Source of the DNA: an uncultured virus (IMG/VR IMGVR_UViG_3300042470_001026)
Lineage: Duplodnaviria > Heunggongvirae > Uroviricota > Caudoviricetes
Reading direction: 5' to 3' (one strand)
IMG/VR virus record: IMGVR_UViG_3300042470_001026
DNA length: 20,000 bases
Shown: positions 16,973 to 20,000 of the stretch, piece after piece
How the letters are laid out: each line of letters opens with the position of its first letter
Numbering within the stretch: position 1 is the stretch's first letter
Notes under the pieces: generated by a model
What the model saw: the letters and a program-made list of their open reading frames with translations, nothing else
Databases searched by the model: none
Told to the model about the DNA's origin: nothing
Translations under genes and position numbers: made by a program

Positions 16973-17104
16973 TTATTTATTGGTTCTGTACAGTTTGGTA
17001 TAACACTCCTTTACATCGCAGTAATATCGTACTGAATAAACGTTATAAGGGAGATATACAATTTGTTGACATAAGAAACAGCGATATCTGTATTTTAATG
17101 CCAT
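16973..17104 (-). CDS. Small putative zinc-binding protein, 43 aa
   Basis: Below the ORF-track size cutoff. Translation is MALKYRYRCFLCQQIVYLPYNVYSVRYYCDVKECYTKLYRTNK. It fills the gap exactly, overlaps the upstream stop and ends 1 nt before the recT ATG. Confidence 0.65.
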   Translation of the reverse strand: MALKYRYRCFLCQQIVYLPYNVYSVRYYCDVKECYTKLYRTNK

Positions 17105-17355
17105 GATGGTTTATTATTTGCTTGAATTATTTTTTCAACCTCTTCTTTTGTTAGCCTATCAGTTAAATCAATACAAGTTCCATCTGGCAATGTTACAAAA
17201 AAGTTTAATAGTTTTTTATCAATTAAATCGTCTTCATTAAAGTAATGTAGTCCATGACATTCTTCAACTCTTTCTGGATAACGTCTAAAAAAATATTGAA
17301 CAGTGGCTGTGGTTTCAATCTCAAAATTATCTATTTCATCATAAATTTCACGCAT
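17095..17355 (-). CDS. Hypothetical acidic protein
   Basis: 86-aa ORF packed tightly in the - strand operon. Confidence 0.65.
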   Translation of the reverse strand: MREIYDEIDNFEIETTATVQYFFRRYPERVEECHGLHYFNEDDLIDKKLLNFFVTLPDGTCIDLTDRLTKEEVEKIIQANNKPSWH

Positions 17356-17359
17356 AAAA

Positions 17360-17665
17360 TTATTTTAAATGAATAATTATTTTATTTTTTATCAGTTTAG
17401 GTTTTGCTAATCCTTCAAATATCGGGATATTATCGTACAATTCAGGGTTTGTAAATTCGTCTACCATTTCAACTTCAATTGATATATCATTATTTAAAAT
17501 AAATTCTATATCGCTTGGAGTAATTAAATCATAAATAAAATCAGTTGGCTTGATTCCCCAACCGTGAGCAATATATCCTATTTGCTTATGTTCAAATATG
17601 GTTCCGTCTTCTAATTCAACTTGTGGTTTTCCGTCTACTATAATAAGAATGGCGGGGCTTGTCAT
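17360..17665 (-). CDS. Hypothetical protein
   Basis: 101-aa ORF with TGATG coupling to the upstream gene. Confidence 0.65.
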   Translation of the reverse strand: MTSPAILIIVDGKPQVELEDGTIFEHKQIGYIAHGWGIKPTDFIYDLITPSDIEFILNNDISIEVEMVDEFTNPELYDNIPIFEGLAKPKLIKNKIIIHLK

Positions 17666-18465
17666 CAGTAGTGTATTTCTTCTATTAAAGGTACCGTTGT
17701 TTTTTTATCACAATTATCATTAAAAGCACATTCTTTGCAGCGAAGGAAACTAGGTCTGGGTTCTAAAGCTTCAGGGTTCTTAAAATGATAATCTACATAT
17801 TTAAGCATTTTAGGTATAGTAATTGAGCCATGTAAATTAATATGTTCTTCTTGAATATTAACTTTAATTATTTTAGCTTTTTCAGGGTCTTTAGCAGAGA
17901 ATATAAAAAAGTAAAAAGGCATATTTTCTACCCCTGATAGTTGGCTCATCAAAAATTTGTAATGTATGGGCTGTAAGAGGAGTTTGGACTTGTAGACCAA
18001 AGATTCTGTATGCCATCCATACTCATTGAACTTGTCATCAAATAAGCTAGTGTATTTAATGTCAATGATACATTCTTCCCCATTCCAATTGGCACGTATA
18101 TCTGATATACCGCTAACCCCGTTGCGTGACATATATTCTCCATACTTAATTACATTAATGTTATGGTCTTTAATCATTTTCTTAAATAGCTCTGAAGACT
18201 TGGTAGCCCTTTCATAATCTACCGCCATCTTTTCTTTGGGAGTGCCCTTATATACTAATTCTGGCTCTGGGATGGGGTCTCCGTCTCTAACATATCCCGT
18301 ACACTTATATTCAAAATACACGCCCAATTTTTGTGTATCACTCTGTGGAGTCGGGAGTTTTTGGAAATATTTTTTGTGTAAAGCAAGACCGCAACCTTTT
18401 ACGTTCTCATCATAATAGTCAAGATACTCTTTTAGTAGGCTTTGACTTAAATTTGGTTTTTGCAT
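17665..18465 (-). CDS. PD-(D/E)xK nuclease, Cas4/AddB-like with a probable Fe-S cluster
   Basis: GISDI...IIDIKY, QxxxY (QPIHY), an N-terminal Cys and a C-terminal CKECAFNDNC. Confidence 0.82.
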   Translation of the reverse strand: MQKPNLSQSLLKEYLDYYDENVKGCGLALHKKYFQKLPTPQSDTQKLGVYFEYKCTGYVRDGDPIPEPELVYKGTPKEKMAVDYERATKSSELFKKMIKDHNINVIKYGEYMSRNGVSGISDIRANWNGEECIIDIKYTSLFDDKFNEYGWHTESLVYKSKLLLQPIHYKFLMSQLSGVENMPFYFFIFSAKDPEKAKIIKVNIQEEHINLHGSITIPKMLKYVDYHFKNPEALEPRPSFLRCKECAFNDNCDKKTTVPLIEEIHY

Positions 18466-18619
18466 TTTTTATGGTTTTTTTTATAAATCTAGTAATATCC
18501 ATTATTACGAAAGCGACATTCATTAAAATATATACGATTATGAAAATAGGTAAGCAAACAAAAATAGTATAAAGAAGGGATGCAATAAAACCAGCTTTTG
18601 TAGTGCTAGTACGATTCAT
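18419..18619 (-). CDS. Small hypothetical membrane protein
   Basis: A long hydrophobic stretch followed by a basic tail. It fills the gap between neighbours but overlaps the nuclease start by 47 nt. Start uncertain. Confidence 0.45.
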   Translation of the reverse strand: MNRTSTTKAGFIASLLYTIFVCLPIFIIVYILMNVAFVIMDITRFIKKTIKNAKTKFKSKPTKRVS

Positions 18620-18920
18620 CCTCACCAAAAAATGTTCTTTTGACATCTTTTACAGCTTTAGCTTTTTTAATTACTTCCATGGCTTCCTCAATAGATGAAA
18701 ATTCAACTACAATGGCTTCATCTTTTAAGATATCTTCATTCTTAAATTTATGATTTTCGCAGTATAAATTCTCTCCCGTTGTTAAAAAAATATTTTTAGA
18801 ATAATCGTATGCACTAGTTACCTTGATAATGCTACAGCTTGTAAATTCTTTATGGAAGAATCGGCAATTACCGCACTTCCTAATCATGGGTAAGCTTTTT
18901 TGGTTTAAATAAAATTCCAT
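18606..18920 (-). CDS. Hypothetical protein with CxxC...C...C (possible metal binding)
   Basis: KCGNCRFF...C...CENH. Confidence 0.65.
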   Translation of the reverse strand: MEFYLNQKSLPMIRKCGNCRFFHKEFTSCSIIKVTSAYDYSKNIFLTTGENLYCENHKFKNEDILKDEAIVVEFSSIEEAMEVIKKAKAVKDVKRTFFGEDESY

Positions 18921-18946
18921 TATTGGTTGATTTTCAATCTAAGTTA

Positions 18947-19399
18947 TTAAAAAAGTGTTGTCTGTGTATTATAATCCTTGTCCTCGTCTATTTTGTATAC
19001 GTTTTCATAAAACTTCATGGTCAGTTCATTCAACTTATTTAAAAAAGTAACTGTCTCTGCTATTACGGTACTTCTAGCTTTTATCAACGGTTTTCGTGTT
19101 TTAGGGTCTATTTCAAATTTGACCATACCGTTATTTTTAAAATTTGTCATAAGTATTTTACAATCCTTTTGCATGGATTCAATGTGTTCTTTAAACATCT
19201 TTTTATGGCTTTCCATTTCTATCACTGTTTCGGAGTGATTTTTAGATAAGCCGTCTATGTTTTCAAACAGTATATTTAAGGCAATACCCTGAACCAAATA
19301 ACCCAGCTTCCTTCTATTGACCTCTGTCATGTCTGGATAGACTTCATCAAGCTTTTTTTCAATAGCCTCAAAAAGTTTGTTTTTAAGTGTGTTTTTCAT
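18947..19399 (-). CDS. Hypothetical protein
   Basis: 150-aa ORF co-oriented with the operon. Confidence 0.7.
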   Translation of the reverse strand: MKNTLKNKLFEAIEKKLDEVYPDMTEVNRRKLGYLVQGIALNILFENIDGLSKNHSETVIEMESHKKMFKEHIESMQKDCKILMTNFKNNGMVKFEIDPKTRKPLIKARSTVIAETVTFLNKLNELTMKFYENVYKIDEDKDYNTQTTLF

Positions 19400-19458
19400 A
19401 GTTTTACATCAGATTCATTGTCTTCTACCACAATTTCGGAAGAGCAGTCGGTTTGTGC

Positions 19459-19707
19459 CTACTGCTTTTCTTTTTTAGGTAATACCACCTGATATTCAAA
19501 CAATCCCCTACTTCTGTCTCCTCTAGCCCTTCTGTTGACTTCATGGCTTCCATACTCCTTTCTTCTAAAAAGTCTTAAACCAGCTGAAATGCTGGCTTGA
19601 GGGGCGTGGATTGCCTCTTCAATATCTGATAGCGTTCTCCATTTTCCATCTCGCATGAGTTCATAAATTTTTTTAATTTGCCCCGTGAGTCTCTCCTTGT
19701 CAAACAA
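19459..19707 (-). CDS. Winged helix-turn-helix DNA-binding protein; boundaries uncertain (see findings)
   Basis: IYELMRDGKWRTLSDIEEAIHAPQASISAGLR...GLFEYQV. The frame stays open upstream to 19773. Confidence 0.7.
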   Translation of the reverse strand: MFDKERLTGQIKKIYELMRDGKWRTLSDIEEAIHAPQASISAGLRLFRRKEYGSHEVNRRARGDRSRGLFEYQVVLPKKEKQ

Positions 19708-19759
19708 TGGGTCATAGCTATCCCCATAAAATACTGGATTGGCAAAAATGTCTAATTGC

Positions 19760-20000
19760 TCAAACTTTGGTTTTTATTCTTTTTTCATGATTATAATTTA
19801 TGGGTTGGTCTTTTTCTGGTTTGCTGGGTTCAACAAGTTGCTTCCACTGTAGCCCGAATATGTCAAGGTATTCTTGCACCATTTTTCTGTTTTCAGGCTT
19901 ATCTACATAATAAATGCAATCGGTCTTATAGCATATAAAGTCCTCCGCCAACATATTTGCCATGGTCATCATGTAGTTATAGCATGTATATCGGATGTTA
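19760..20000 (-). CDS. Hypothetical protein, probably 5'-truncated by the window edge
   Basis: The frame of ORF 19760..19972 stays open to the window end (NIRYTCYNY upstream of the Met). Confidence 0.55.
   Translation of the reverse strand, partial: NIRYTCYNYMMTMANMLAEDFICYKTDCIYYVDKPENRKMVQEYLDIFGLQWKQLVEPSKPEKDQPINYNHEKRIKTKV

Noticed and set aside
17006..17053. Nested hairpin (CTCCTTTA...TAAGGGAG enclosing CAGTA/TACTG) as an ncRNA or terminator
   Set aside because: The stems are short and imperfect on the transcribed strand, there is no U-tract, and the region is explained by the 43-aa ORF.
2166..19938. Short antisense or nested ORFs in the track (e.g. 2166, 3310, 3613, 5498, 5740, 8028, 9725, 10511, 14054, 15929, 16149, 17949, 18026, 18333, 19017, 19756)
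   Set aside because: They overlap better-supported genes and show no recognisable motifs.
1..20000. Genome-wide stop-codon reassignment (TAG read as Gln)
   Set aside because: Long genes are intact under the standard code. TAG ends 9338..9739 one base before the next ATG, and only the HTH locus looks interrupted.

Overview
AT-rich, very gene-dense window that reads as part of a bacterial virus genome. Genes are tightly coupled (ATGA/TAATG overlaps) and their leaders are A/T-rich without Shine-Dalgarno sequences, which suggests a Bacteroidota-like host (inference). From 1 to 8.9 kb lies a glycan-building block: a SET-domain protein, a 900-aa multi-domain glycosyltransferase, a GT9 heptosyltransferase-like enzyme and a sulfotransferase. 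It also holds an APS kinase/HxGH nucleotidyltransferase/DUF2061 cassette and split ADP-heptose pathway genes (RfaE kinase, RfaE adenylyltransferase, HldD epimerase). From 9.0 to 15.65 kb is a + strand operon with five small membrane-anchored proteins, a beta-rich putative structural protein and a mucin-like Thr-repeat protein. These are followed directly by a GT95/GT96-like (plant-type protein O-glycosyltransferase-like) enzyme, a methyltransferase and two GT2 enzymes. From 15.6 to 20 kb is a - strand DNA-metabolism block (AT-hook protein, RecT, Fe-S Cas4-like nuclease, HTH protein). The main hypothesis is a virus-encoded system that O-glycosylates its own mucin-like virion protein with a heptose-containing, sulfated and methylated glycan, possibly on a membrane-containing virion. 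All family calls come from motifs recognised by eye; no database search was run.
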